Of a DNA stretch of 64,000 nt, positions 13,091 through 26,300 are shown piece after piece (position 1 is the first letter of the stretch; each line of letters starts with the position of its first letter). A program made the translations under genes and the position numbers. The DNA lies in NCBI GenBank assembly GCA_002269645.1, contig NIVC01001953.1, positions 154,838 to 218,837 on the forward strand, written 5' to 3'. The notes beneath the pieces were generated by a model that had not been told where the DNA came from, made no database searches, and worked only from the letters and a program-made list of their open reading frames with translations. Origin of the DNA: Macrostomum lignano (Eukaryota).

Positions 13091-14329
13091 ATAAAGTCTT
13101 GTTGAAGTCTGGCAATATTTTGCTCATTGAATTACAGAAATTTATGGTTATTGCTTTTTTTTAGGAATAAACTTTATAATAAGTCTGTCTTGTTGTTGAC
13201 AAATTTGCTTAGCTTGTTTTAACTATTGACAAATTTGATTTACTTTAATTTCTTAAATTTGAAGTCTATTGATAAATTAGATATTGACAAATTTAGTATA
13301 AACCAAATTAAATAAAGGGAATGAAACTAGCTAGGCCCTAATAACTAATGACAACTATCCCTATTGGAATAAGTTGACAAACGCGGACAATCATCAGTCA
13401 CATTTTTGGATTCTCCTAGTGTCATGTCGCACAACAGTGGTGTCAAGTGGTATGTCGCGTCGCGCAACACTGTGGAAACCTAGTGTCATCATGCGTCACG
13501 CAACGCGACAGTGTGGCAACTTGGCGGCTGGCATCATCATGTGTCACATTGCGGCCTGGATCTATAGCCAAAACCTTGCAAACTGTGTTTCATTGTAATA
13601 TGTTCACAGTTGTTTCTTGGTATTTAAATGTTTCAAACATGTTTGATAATAACTAGTTCTTAAATTGTTCCTTTTTATTTTGACAGTAAAGTAACTAATA
13701 CTTCAAATATAATTTTTAGAAATGTTACTTGTTAGTTACAATGCGTGCACTGTTTTTCTAAGTGTTGTACCTTTGTTGTTTTACTGTTTATTGTTTTTAA
13801 ATTTCATTTCTTTTTCCGCGAAATTGAAAGGAATACTCTCGTCTCTCTCCCTATGGTCTTGGTGTCGGGAGTGAATGGCAGAATGGGAATTGTCAATTGC
13901 AATGTGGCTGCTGTGTTGTCCTCCCCCCTCCCGTCATTTGGTCAACAGACATTGGTGTTACGTCGCGCATCGCTGCCTCTAGTCAACAAAATTTGGTGTC
14001 GCGTTGCACTTTTGAGGGCACAATTTTGGCACCCGTGTTGTGCGTCTGCGGGTTTTTGAAACTTAATCCAATAGGGACAACTATATATATCATATTTGGT
14101 TTATTGCTAAAATGCTTACTACAAAAATTGACTATTGTTAAATCCATAGTCAGGAAGATGGCGTTTTACTCGGAAAATTCCAGCATACACAGGGAAATTT
14201 TGGGCCAATTTCGGCGTACATGGTGTACCATGGTTAAGAAAATAGCAAAGGCCGTTAATAGCAAAAGCGTTAGCATTAAAACAAAAAAATCTTAACTTTT
14301 TAACTCCTAATTTTGTTAAGTTTACTGAA

Positions 14330-15088
14330 AGTTAACTGATAATCATTAATAAGCGTTAATCCGTTAAAGTTAACACAGAAAATACGGAAATCTTGCACGT
14401 TTTTTTCAAAACAGACTTTGTATTGCACGTCTTTGCTATTCCATCTTTTTAGCGAAACACAGAGGTCATCTAAGCGATTTGAAAGCTAAAAAAGTATTAA
14501 ATAATCATTTTAAAAACTTGCATGCATAATACTACTAAAAGTAAAGCATATGGTAAAAAAAGTAACTTATTTTATTTGAAACTTAAAAGCTAATAATGAG
14601 AAATTCATAATTAAATACGCATAGGAAGGTTGTTTCAGTACCATCAGCAGGCGCAGCAGAAAGTTGCGAAAGATTGGGACAGAATTGAATCAAATTGATC
14701 GATGCTCATGCGCAAGAAATAAAGTTTCACACTATTTTAATTCATTATTTTAAAGTTTATTTGTAAGAAGTTGTTAATTACATGTATGTCTGTATGATCA
14801 TCGTCATAAATAAAGAGATTATATTTAGGCATATAGGTAAGCTCAAATACGTTTGTAATGTTTAAACTTCTTGTAAGACTTCTATTTTTCGTTCCTTCTT
14901 TGCGTCTTTGGTCATTGACATAGACACTACCGTTAACGATGAATTTATCGTTAATTACAAAATTTTTAACGCAAATTCGTTAATCCGTTAGTTCAAAAAA
15001 ATCTTAATGACAGACCGTTAATGTTAATGAAAAATCTTAACGCTTATTAACGGATTAACACTTATTAACGGACTGGTGCCCAACACTG
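14330..15088. mobile_element. Possible hAT-type element remnant with TTAACG subterminal repeats
   Basis: Right end GTGCCCAACACTG (reverse complement CAGTGTTGGGCAC, hAT-like terminus). Clustered TTAACG/CGTTAA motifs at 14340-14375 and 14930-15070 are in inverted orientation. Left terminus not found. Confidence 0.35.
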
Positions 15089-17589
15089 GCCACAACACAC
15101 AATTGTACGCCATGCCACTGTGGGCGTGGGGCCCTGCCCACCCACAATATCCTAAATCCTGATGCATAAAGTTTATTTTCAAAAAAACTATTTTTTTAAA
15201 AACTGAAAAGGAAAGAAAAAATGAAAATGGTTTTTCTGGTGCTATTTTCTTTTGTTAAAGTCATATTATCGAAACCCATTCATGTGCACTGCTAGGTTGA
15301 CAGTTGCTTTGTCTGCCGCCAGTTTGTCTACCACCCTTTTGTTTGCAAGAATGCGATACAGTTGTTTCATCTGCCAACGAATAGTAAAGTTTTAATAAGT
15401 GTAAATATATCAGTTGTTGTCGTTAATTTGAGATTTGAGATATTTGAGATAACTAATAATGATTAGAATATTGGGATAATTTCTTAGGAGAAATGACTTA
15501 AAGGAGTAATTTCTGAATATTTTTGTTTATATTTAATAAACTACGCAATTGAACGAATTCAATGCATTTTCGTCATGATATGGCATGATGCCATACTATC
15601 TCTTAACAGTCTCAAAGCTTCAAAGCTCAAAAGCAATTAGTCAAGTTAGAATTATTTTACTTATTATAAGTAAGTTACACGCGCACAAATTATAAATCCC
15701 ATTCACAGCTCACTATGTAGATTCAATTAAAGCTTATTTACGAATAATTGCATTTCTTGGAAACATTGTGATAAGCAAAAAAATACAAAGACTACATATA
15801 ATTCTAAATCTGAAAATTACTAGTAAATTCTAACTATTAAAAATAAACTATAAATTAATTTCAGCCATTTATAAAACTTATTTTGCTACTTATTATAAAA
15901 AGTTGTTTTGTCTGCCGGCAGACGAAAAGGCGGCAGACAAAAAGACCGCGTACCCACTGCTACCCCTACCCCCCCCCCCAGTCCGTTGGCGTACCACCAG
16001 GTTCCGATCTCGGCATACACGGCGTACCACTTTTTTTTACCGACTTTTTATTGCGGCGTACCTGTGCCATGATCCTGACACAGGTGTTAAATATCAATAA
16101 TAATATTGGGAATTTAGTATTATTGACAATAGTCAATATAGTGGAAAGCTAGGCCTACTAATTTTAAAAGCATTGTACATAAAAAAGCTTATACCTACTC
16201 TTAATGGCCAACTATTTAACTTAATAATAATCATTATTATTATTGATAATATAATAATATTAGTCAATAGTATATAGTCAAATAACTAAATTCATAAACA
16301 ATGCATATAATTTCTATTTTTATATTTAGTGAAGGATGAGTGCTACCTATGCCATGGCTATAACCTAGGCTTTTTAAGGTTAGAAATCTAGTTGCGAGCT
16401 GGCTTGCAAACAATAACAAACTAACAAATCCATCATATTGATTCATATGGCACTTTTATTACATTAAAAAATCCTTTTTTGAAATTGGCAACTGGCATGG
16501 AGAAATTGAAGTTGCCATATTGACCTCTGATGCAAAAAATCCAGTTGTCAATGAGATTTTCAAAGGGGCCAAAAAATCCCATATGGCCCAAAAAAATCTA
16601 GCCTATACTATAACAGGCTAGTTAGCCTTAGTTATACTATTTATACAAAGTAGCATAGCCATAGGCCTAGTCCATAGGCTAATTAGGGTTTAGGCTAGTA
16701 GGCTACACTTAGAGACATAGTTTCTAGGTCCATACCTAGGCCTATCATATTTATATACACTGCTGAGTGCATACATGGCCGCCGTGTCTATAAGTACTCC
16801 GTTTAAAAAATATATCATTATAATTAATTATTAAGATCATATAGAACATTGCAATTTGATTACAATTGCACGACAGGTTGGTTAGCTTAGTACACAGACG
16901 TTAGAAATTTAGTAGCCTGTACTGTAGAGACTCGAGATTAGATACTTCAATAAGTTGAAACTTCCATTTCTTGGAAAAAGTACAAAAACAAATACATGCT
17001 CAAAATCGCATTTTGATAAAACAAAAGTGTGTTAGTTTTTCTCGTAACTTATTGGCTTGATTTAGCTTGATTGCAAAAAATGTTCAATACGCTTTGCTTA
17101 TTCCTTCGGCTCCTATAATCCTGTTAATTTCATCTTTTCTTATCACATCACATCCCCAGTTGATTGTGCCTATTCGGGTTGGGCGTCTACTGCAGCAAAT
17201 TAATTTAAAATAGAAGAAAATTTAAGCCATTTACCCAACAGATTAGCAAATTTCTGATAATGAATAATATTTTTAAGTTTCGTACAGAATAATAAGTTTT
17301 TTGTAAAATTGCTTCTAAAAAGCTTTATCGTATTGCGTCAAATTTTGCCAATCAATATGCAAAAACTGCCGCCAAAATTTCTCTATTGGGGCGAGCTTCA
17401 GCCTGTTAATGTGAAGAGCAATGCAGGAGAACCACGTTAGATATTCGTACTTATACATGGAGGGCTAGGACAATTCTTACTGTAACTTGAATTGGAATCT
17501 CGGCTTGGCTCTGCTCGTGCAATTAACGGCCTTGAGAGCCAACCCCCCAAGGCGCAGTGAAGTGTACATGCCTAACGATAAAATAAAGT

Positions 17590-17742
17590 TAGGGCCGCTG
17601 TACACTCCTGTGTGAGTGTGTGCCTGCGTACGTATCCGCGCGCTTGTATGCCTGCTCAGGGGAGTCGGCGGAATGGGCAGCAATGCCTCTCGCCGGTTGT
17701 GTGCCAATGTCGCTTAAAGTGCGCCAGGGTGCACACAACCTC
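17590..17742 (+). repeat. Dispersed ~150-bp repeat, copy A (copy B at 42642-42791); probable small MITE
   Basis: Both copies read AGGGCCGCTGTACAC.CCTGTGTGAG...GCGCGCTTG.ATG...TCAGG.AGTC.GCGGAATGGG...GCGCCAGGGTGC. Confidence 0.75.
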
Positions 17743-17939
17743 CTGCCTCTAATAATAAATCATACGGTGTTTTTTAAACAATGGTACACATTGTAGTCCA
17801 GAAATACATGTAGATATAGCTCTTGCTGACTTCTAAACTAGCGCATGGCTCTCATCAATTGGATTAACCTACTCGTTGATTCTCTGAACGTGGTGACGAG
17901 TAGTGAGCCATCGCTATTGATCGAGCTTAAGTAGGAAGG

Positions 17940-18400
17940 AGCTCAGAATTATGATGCCGAATTGGAGGAATTCATCAATTGGCTTGAGAACGCGGCTGAT
18001 TTTGGCGACTTTTACCAGAGCTTTCTAATATACTGAGGATGTCACGGGGAAGCTGGACGCGGCTGTAATTGAATCAATGCCAAGAACAACGCAGGAGCAA
18101 ATGCGACGACATGGGGAAGCTTTTAAGAAATTTATGAAGGAGCACAGGCTTGAATACTAGGTGCCGTGGAAACTTAAAACGAATATCTACGGTTATTTTT
18201 ATTTCGGTTTGAAGAAACAAATGTGGAAAGCTTTATGCGCCTGCAAGCCTAAAGTGCATTCGAGCAGGCATCCAGCGGTCCTTCACGGTCCAATACCTTC
18301 ACCTGGTCACGAAGCATTCGGTGAACTAGTTGCGTTGAGAATAATTTGCAAGCTCCAACATAATGCTAAAGGTGAAGGTGTCTATGAGTCTTAGGCTGAC
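17940..18400 (+). mobile_element. Degenerate Crypton-like (DUF3504 tyrosine-recombinase family) coding remnant
   Basis: Across a TAG (18158) and a frameshift (about 18220): LDAAVIESMPRTTQEQMRRHGEAFKKFMKEH...YGYFYFGLKK/CGKLYAPASLKCIRAGIQRSF. This resembles the Crypton/DUF3504 pattern F..LR.KDG..Y.P.SL..IRAGIQR, recalled from memory and not searched. Confidence 0.5.
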
Positions 18401-19555
18401 TAAGCCTGAAATAACGGCGCGCAATGTAACGATATATACAGATTTTTTTTCGGCAGCAATTGCATGAGCTGAAGTCGCGTAGCAGCTGAAGCTTAGTAAA
18501 TCAATTGCTGCCGTGAAAGAATCTTTCTTTGTCGTTATTGTACCCTTCGTCATGAAATTTATTGTTGTCAGATTTCTTGTCAATTCTGCTGTCTATGGCA
18601 CTTTGAAAGAGCAGTAAAGCTAAATCAGTCAATTGTCTATGGTAATGTGTGATATTAAATATCGCTGAGCCTCATGTATAATGATCAAAATTCATGTGGC
18701 TTGTTGCACAGCCAACAACTGAACTGACATATGCTTAAACAGCAAGTCGACACATGACATGACTTAACGTCACGAATCTACTGCTTTGCAGCCTGCGGCA
18801 CTCCCACTGCTCTTCTTACGCCGAAGAGTGGATTCTGAAGTGTTCCAGTGACTTCAGTTCAAATCAACATCCTTTTTGAAATTTTGTCCAGTTGCAACAG
18901 GGGAATTAGATTTCTCGAAAATTAATTGCTACAAGCATTTAGCTCTAATATATTCTTATACAAATACGACAAAACTACGTCATTCGGACTTTGAAAGATT
19001 GACACTCGGTTATTAAAATTATTTAAATACCGGTAAATAAAACAGCCCTGACTTCTCTCAAGCAATTGCAGTGTTGCTAAGCGACATTTTGGGATCTGGG
19101 ACGGCGGTTTATCTCTATGTAAAGCAGATTGACTTGTACAGAGATCGTTAATGAAAAAAAATATTTTCGAAATTTTTGGAATACGACTCGACAAATCAAG
19201 ATTGAACATGACGATATGGCTGAAGGCAGGATGTTTGGTAGTCAATGGAGTGAGCCAAATTGCCAGGCCCCAACGTTTTAATAGTCAGTGAGTCGACGAT
19301 GAATAATATGGAAACACACTTAAATCGGTATTAAAAATCATAGGGCCTAGTGCATTTCATTGTAAGGGATCCTTTCACTGTAGAAGCAATGACTGATATT
19401 GTTTATAGATAGTGATACAAACGATATAATCATAATTACGCAATGTTCGAGCAAAATTATAGCACCATTGCTACTAAGCATTATTAAAACTGAATTTCAG
19501 TATGCGATTATGCTCATCATCTCCGTCCAGTTCGTAGACCTAAATATGTGCATTT

Positions 19556-21934
19556 CTACCTAAACTTGCCGGACCGACGAAGTTGGACGTAAGCTAGCAC
19601 CAGAAATCCAAAAATGAAGCCGCCCAGTGCAATTTCATTGATCCACAAGTCTATTTCGTTTTCGTATGGAATTCCCTGGTCGCTTAAGTACTTGTTGCCG
19701 AGATCGAAACAGATATTAGCTGTTTCGTTGCAGAATTGCAGATCCTTCATCTCGTTGATGCTCAGCGCGTTCATGCTGTACCGGAAGATGCTGAGGTACT
19801 TAGCCCAGCTCAGCCATTCCCCCATTGTTGAGACATTCACCAGCAGGCCTGCAAACACCATCATGAAGACGAATGACAGCGCCAGGAAGATGGTAGCAAT
19901 GGCGAACACCGAAACTGTGGCGCTAAGGAAGAAGGCCAAACTCGAACCGGCCATTGAAACCAGTAGCAGATTTAAAAAGTACACAAAGAACTTGTCCAAC
20001 CTTGGATTCAAACCGATCATGAAGTAGGAGATAGGAGAGTACAGCATCAGAGGCACAAGTCGCATTGGTATAAGGTCGCAGAACACCTTAGCTAGAAAGT
20101 ACACGGACACGCGGTAGTAACCAGATACGCTTTCGTGGACAAATATGGTGCGCTCGTGCAGAAACAGTTCCAGAGCGCCCATGTTGCCGAAGACCATGTT
20201 CATTGTGGTGAAGAAGAACACGCCCACTCGATTCTGCACGCCGGAAATCGTGTCAGCCGGTATCTGCAGGTAGATGAGGCCGACAAGCACGCTGAACAGA
20301 ACGTTGAGCACTAGCTGGGCTATGGACGTCTGCGGGTTCCGCAGCAGATTTTTTGTTGCCCGTTGTGACACGACGGCCAACTGGCGGAAAAACGACGTCT
20401 GGTAAGTCGGATTATTTGCTGTCGACTGCGGTCGGTAGCCCCGCATTTGGCGATTGCTGAAAGCCTCCAAAACCGGAGCGATTCGAGCGTTGACGTCGCG
20501 CCACACCTCGGAGCCCTGCAAAGGCGAGTATGTGCTCGCGTGGTGCAATTTACCTCGTGTATTAATACAATAGTTGGGTTGTAAACATCAAAAACAACTT
20601 AAAAATCATTCTGATTTTTACCTGATACGTCGCAACAAGCCATCCTTGAACACTGTCCTGATGATCAAAGTTAACCTTCGCCGCTGCTGAATCGACTTCA
20701 GTTGGTCTCGCGTCGCCACTCAAGATGTCCATGTAGAAATCAAGCGGGTTGTTGTGCATCTCGCAGACGTAGCCGAGGCGCTGGAAATAGTCAAGCGAAG
20801 TGACACTGTCACCATGATAGACAATCTGACCTTTAGACAGCAGAGTCAGCGAGTCGAATGTCTTGAAAATTTCGTAGCGTGGCTGATGAATGGAGAAGAT
20901 GATTGTTGTGCCTCGGCGCGAGATGTTCCTTAGAATCCGCATCACCGAGTTGGCAGTGCTGGCGTCAAGACCTGAGCCGAGAGAGGAAAATATTGAGTGG
21001 TAGTCCTTATAATACGGAATTAGAAGACATTGGAATGTTGTTTAAATCAATCAAAATCGGCAAGCCAAAAAGCTTCGACAGAATTTTAGTTGAAGGAGTA
21101 GTTAGCGCAATGTGCACTCTGCATTTGCATATCGACAAGAGTGTCTTAGGTTTGATACAGCATCGATCTCATATGGCTATGCTTGTACTGCTTGACAGAA
21201 GGTTGTGACCTTATCGGCTCTTCGCAGTCTAAGAATATCAACAATGGTTTTCTAAGAAATCCTAGATATCCAGCAGCAGTCCAAAAAACATCTCGATCTT
21301 TCTCACCAGTCGTCGGCTCGTCCAGAAACAGCACTTTAGGCGAGGCGATGAGCTCCATTCCGATGCTGGTTCGTCGACGCTCGCCGCCAGAGACGCCTCG
21401 AGTCAGCTGCGTCCCGATGCGGCTGTCGGCCACCCCGGTCAGTCCCAGCTGGTCCAGCAGCTCCGCGACGCGTCTGCCTCGGTCGTACCGGCTGACACTT
21501 GCCGGAAGTCGGAGAGCCGCACTGAACAGCAGGTTCTCGCGCACTGTCAGCGTGCCCATGACAACGTCCTCTTGAACAACGTAGCCGCTGACGCATTTGA
21601 AATTCTTCGGCGGCGGCTCGCCATTGATCAGAATGGTGCCAGTCAGATTCTGCGGGTTCTTTCGTCCGGCGATGACATCCAGGAGGCTGGACTTCCCCGA
21701 ACCTGTTGGCCCCAGCACGGCGTTCATGCCAGGCTGAAACACGCCGCTAACTCCGAGCAGGATTTCCTTTCGCTCCGGAGGAAAGCAGCATGGCGGGCCG
21801 CGTCGGATGAGCAGAGAATATCTCACACTGTTGAAGGTCACCGTGGCGGCTTCTGCAGCACCGGAGTGTGGGCCAGCAGTGGCTGAGTAGCTCGCATTAG
21901 CGCGCGAAGAAAGCAAGCCGTCTTGCTCAGACAT
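19556..21934 (-). CDS. ABCG2: ABCG2-like (White family) ABC half transporter, about 645 aa; exons 21934-21307, 20971-20622, 20515-19556
   Basis: Walker A GPTGSGKSS, signature VSGGERRR, Walker B VLFLDEPT, H-loop SIHQPR, C-terminal ABC2 membrane domain. Splice sites ACTG|GTGAGA, TCAG|GTCTT, CAG|GTAAAA and TTTGCAG|GGC are phase-compatible; 628+350+960=1938 nt = 646 codons. Confidence 0.93.
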
Positions 21935-22965
21935 GACGGTTCTGTCCCTCGAATTGCACCACTTGGAATTTCTTCTTACCAACCTGAATTCACTTTCGTC
22001 TCCTCCAAGCTATCCGCTGAAGCGTTATAAGCATTTTTCAGTGAGCGATAAAGAAATCTTTCTAAAAACTTCTACCCTGCTTCTGCACTCGCTAGATCTA
22101 CTGACGATTGTGCGAGTATTTCTCGTCGTCTATTTTTAGCAGTTGTTGCAGACGTTTAAAGCACGATTTTCTGTTCACGTACATGTCGCCTGTGGACTAC
22201 ATATCATTTATGTGACTTTTCTGGCGAGATAACTAGACATTTTTGGTACCACGAAAGGTTGGTACCAAAGAAGGCCAGTCTATGCTACTTTCACATTGAT
22301 CCTGACATGCAATGCAGCTATAAATAATGCTCTCATCAATTGCAATATGCGTGGTGAAATGTTTTAAGTTAACTTATTCACATAAAATGCTGAAAATTCT
22401 TTAGTGTAGCATATTTTAATTAAAGTTCTTCCCGGCTATTCATCTCCTCATTTCAGAGTTTTAACAGCTACGTATACATGTACGTTTAAACTTACATTCC
22501 GTTTGTGTTTGGTAAAATGTTGTGTTACCAAATTAATCAAAATGTAACTAACTCAAAATTTTTCACTTCCTGTCTGTAGATCTCTAATGTATTGTTCTAA
22601 CGGTTTTTAAAGCAATTTTTAAAAGTAAAAAAATAGCAGCGATAAAAATTCAAGATATGCGATTTGTCTGTCGGCGCGTAAACGAGTTGTTGGTGCATTT
22701 AATTGCTCAATTATTCGCTCACTGATCACATGCGCAGGATATCATCAGCACAGACTGCTCTTTATTTTTCATCGGCTTGAAGCGAAAGACGCTACGCACT
22801 TACACTCAGCGCAACATTGAAAAATGTCCACCCTAGCGCGCAAAGGGTCAACGTTTTGGTGGGTGGAGATATTCGTGGTTTGATCGCCATAGACAAATAT
22901 ATAATCCGGATTCGAACGAAGCAAAGGAACAGCAAAGAAACAAAGTACACGAGCATGGGTGACAA

Positions 22966-23326
22966 CCAAAGAGTATTGAGGTCGCCTAGTATAGAGTGCC
23001 AATAAGGATGAAAATCTGAAGCCGATTTTTTCCACTCACCCCCTCCGGTCACCAAGCTTTTTAGTCTATGGCACAAGTTGTGGCTAGAATGGTGTACAAA
23101 GCCGGTGCTCAGAAATATAAGACATTTCACACTTACAAAATGCATGTATCAAATAAGCAAGACAACATCGCTCAGTCACCAGACTCAGTTGCCGTGGTCG
23201 ATACACAACTTGTGCCATAGACTAAAAAGCTTGGTGACCGGAGGGGGTGTGGGTGGATTCTAAAAATCGGCTTCAAATTTTCATCCTTATTGGCACTCTA
23301 TACTAGGCGACCTCAATACTCTTTGG
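22966..23326. repeat. Long imperfect inverted repeat (arms 22966-23082 and 23204-23326, 121-bp spacer)
   Basis: CCAAAGAGTATTGAGGTCGCCTAGTATAGAGTGCCAATAAGGATGAAA... is mirrored by ...TTTCATCCTTATTGGCACTCTATACTAGGCGACCTCAATACTCTTTGG. The motif CTATGGCACAAGT recurs at about 23380 and 23420. Confidence 0.85.
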
Positions 23327-26300
23327 CTCCATGTGACTGTTTCCTTCGACCTGTCTGGCGTCTATGACGCAAGTTTTTGTCTATGGCCCAAGTGCGTGTT
23401 GACGAAATTATCAAATCGTCTATGGCACAAGTCTGCTGGCGACAAAAATCAGTTTTGAAACTCTAAATATACGCGGCTGGCGCGAGGATGGAAACTTTTC
23501 GATGTTGCTGAGTGTATATTGAAGTGCCGAGGAGCCCAAATCGAGAGAAAGAGCAATACGAACGCCATTTGGTACTCGTTGGTTTACGACACAATTAACC
23601 AACAACGCGTTATGAGCTTTATTATGTATGACACAGGTGTGCATGAGAGGGTCGTTCTCAAAGCTAGGTCACAACTTTTTGTTATTGCAAAAAAAGTTTA
23701 TACATCGACCAATAATCGTACAAAAAAAAATTCTTTCGACAATTTCTGTAAGAAGCTGCTACTAAAACCACAAGAAAACTTGAAATTGAGAAGAAATCAA
23801 GGCTATTTGTTATTCTTTGTTGCGGAAAATAAACGACAAAAATATTAAACAGAAAATAAAATGTTCTTCCATTTTTATTTTAAATATGCAGTTAAATTTC
23901 TTTTGCAAAAATAAAAGAACAAGAAATTGACAAAGGAAATGTTTTTGAGCACAGCATTTTGTTACTCTGCTCTAAATCCCAGACATTTAAAATTATCGTG
24001 TGCGAAAAAGTGCGAAATTATTATAGCATGCACTCGAAAGAACTTCGATCAGTTTAACTAATCACTGAATTAAGAAGTCTAAATAAGTCTTGAAAGGTTG
24101 AATTAAAAATCAAGTTTTCACTATGTATCTTTTCAAAGGCAAGATGATTCGACAAATAAAGAATGTTCATTTTTACCTTGAATAGAATTGTTCATTTTTA
24201 CATTAAATATAATAAAATCTAACTAATAATAGAAAAAGTCAGGGAACTATCCTTGAAAACCAAAAAAGCAAATTGTGGATTTAATATCGACTGCATGTTC
24301 CTTAATAAAGGAATTCGGTTACTAGTATATATTTGATTATTTGTAGCATAATTTCTGAAAACTATAACTTGCTTGATTTTACTTTAAGTACTCATTACAT
24401 TAATACTTATACCAAAGCTACATGTACTTAAAATAAAAAATTATGGTTACTTATTAGACATTTTACTCCAATTAACTTAAAATAATTCAAATTTATTTTT
24501 ATTAATTCATTTTTTGAAACTTTTTGGAAAATAGACAAAATTGAATTATTTAATTACCAAAAACCTACTAGCTTAACTGAAATAGCAATTAGTCTTTAAG
24601 AAAAGATTTCACTTGTTAATTGAGAAAAATGAGGATGTGCGAGGTGTAAAAATGCGAAAGAGCATGCAGGAAACAGAGACAAACAAAAATGTAGGTAAAA
24701 GACACTGCACATGCACATAATATGATAACCAGACATAATGCGCACACTGAAACACCAGTAGCAATGACGCCCAAGCTTTTGATGATCACAAGCGAAAAGG
24801 CAAAACCCAGCCATCAATCAAAGAAGTAGACTTTAGCACGCATCTTGAGTGCATCACGCATTTTTTGCAGAGAAGCTCGAAAATTAACATTTATTCTGTG
24901 CACAACCACCAACTGCGACAGGGTCTGCCAGGGGATTTGTGGGCACGCGGTCGCGGATACAAATCGGAGGAGTCGCTGACCATTCTGAAATTACAAGCTA
25001 GTACATGTAATTTTGTGTATTAATATATTTAGCCCGCTTTATTTCTATGCTCTCGTCCGCCTCTCGTTAATGCATCCCCAGACTCATGCAGTAATCAAAC
25101 TTATGATCGAACTATGCATGGCTTCCGTCCCTCGCTTTGAATCTCTCACCTCCCCATAGTTCCATCAACCTTACCGTAGTGGCTTCCTATGCAAAAATCA
25201 TCCCTCCGCATCTTACACAGGCTACTTCAGGCTGTAGACTGTACTACACTATTAATTAGTTGCGCTAAGGAATCTACATGTATTTGCTCGCAGCGCAGCG
25301 CGCTGCTCAAATAAGTTTAGATCTATCTAGATATTCTAGTAATTTCAGGTTTGTCCATAGACTAGAGCTCATGAGATGAGAATTCAATAAACTAGTACAT
25401 TTAATATGAATGAACTGCGTGTGTGTGTGCTGTGCATACATATGTATAATATACGAGTAGTTTATGGGCCAAATTATTGTGTGGCACAATTCTTGGCATC
25501 ACTCAGCAGGCACAAGATGCAGTTAAGCAGCGCACGAAAATTCTACAAAAGAAATTGAGCCTGGTTGAGATGATGCGAGGAGGCAGATCCACACAATCTC
25601 AGTGAATACACCAGACTGCACCAGATACGAGTCCAGTCGAATGTGCGCACTGGTCTAAGCAGCACACGCATGTCCTTCTGACAATGACGGCACCTAGCTT
25701 CGTCCAAGCCTTTGCCAGCGTCACTGACAGCGTCAATACTACCATGCAGTGCCACCTGCAGCACCGACAACGGCAATTCCTCCAGTTAGCCCACAACAGT
25801 GGCTAAACTGAGGGACAGGGAACCTACCCGCAGAAGACACACACATACACACACAGCACCGGCAGCAGCACTCTGACAGCATAACCTAAAGCTCCATGAG
25901 CTCAGTTTTCAAGCATTGAAGAAGCAGAAGCAGTCATCTTGGATCCAGGGATCAGGAAGAGTGTTGCATGTCCGACATGTGCTGTTTCCGTGGCAAAAGG
26001 TGATGGAGCAAATTAATCAACACTTACTATCTAGCTCGTATTAAGACTAAAAAACTGAGGCAAGCTGGGATTAAACCAAAGAAAATTTTTTACTATACTT
26101 TTTTACCATATACTTTTACTATACTTCTATAGTATAGTAGAGAGGTACTCTATTTAAATGCAGTAAGAAGTGAAACAAATTTATATATTTAATTATTAAA
26201 ATAAATTAATTCAAGGTAAATAACTAATTTAACCAATTTATTAGGAGTATTTAATATTATAATAAATTGATTTTTATACCTTACACGAAATAAGCTCTAC

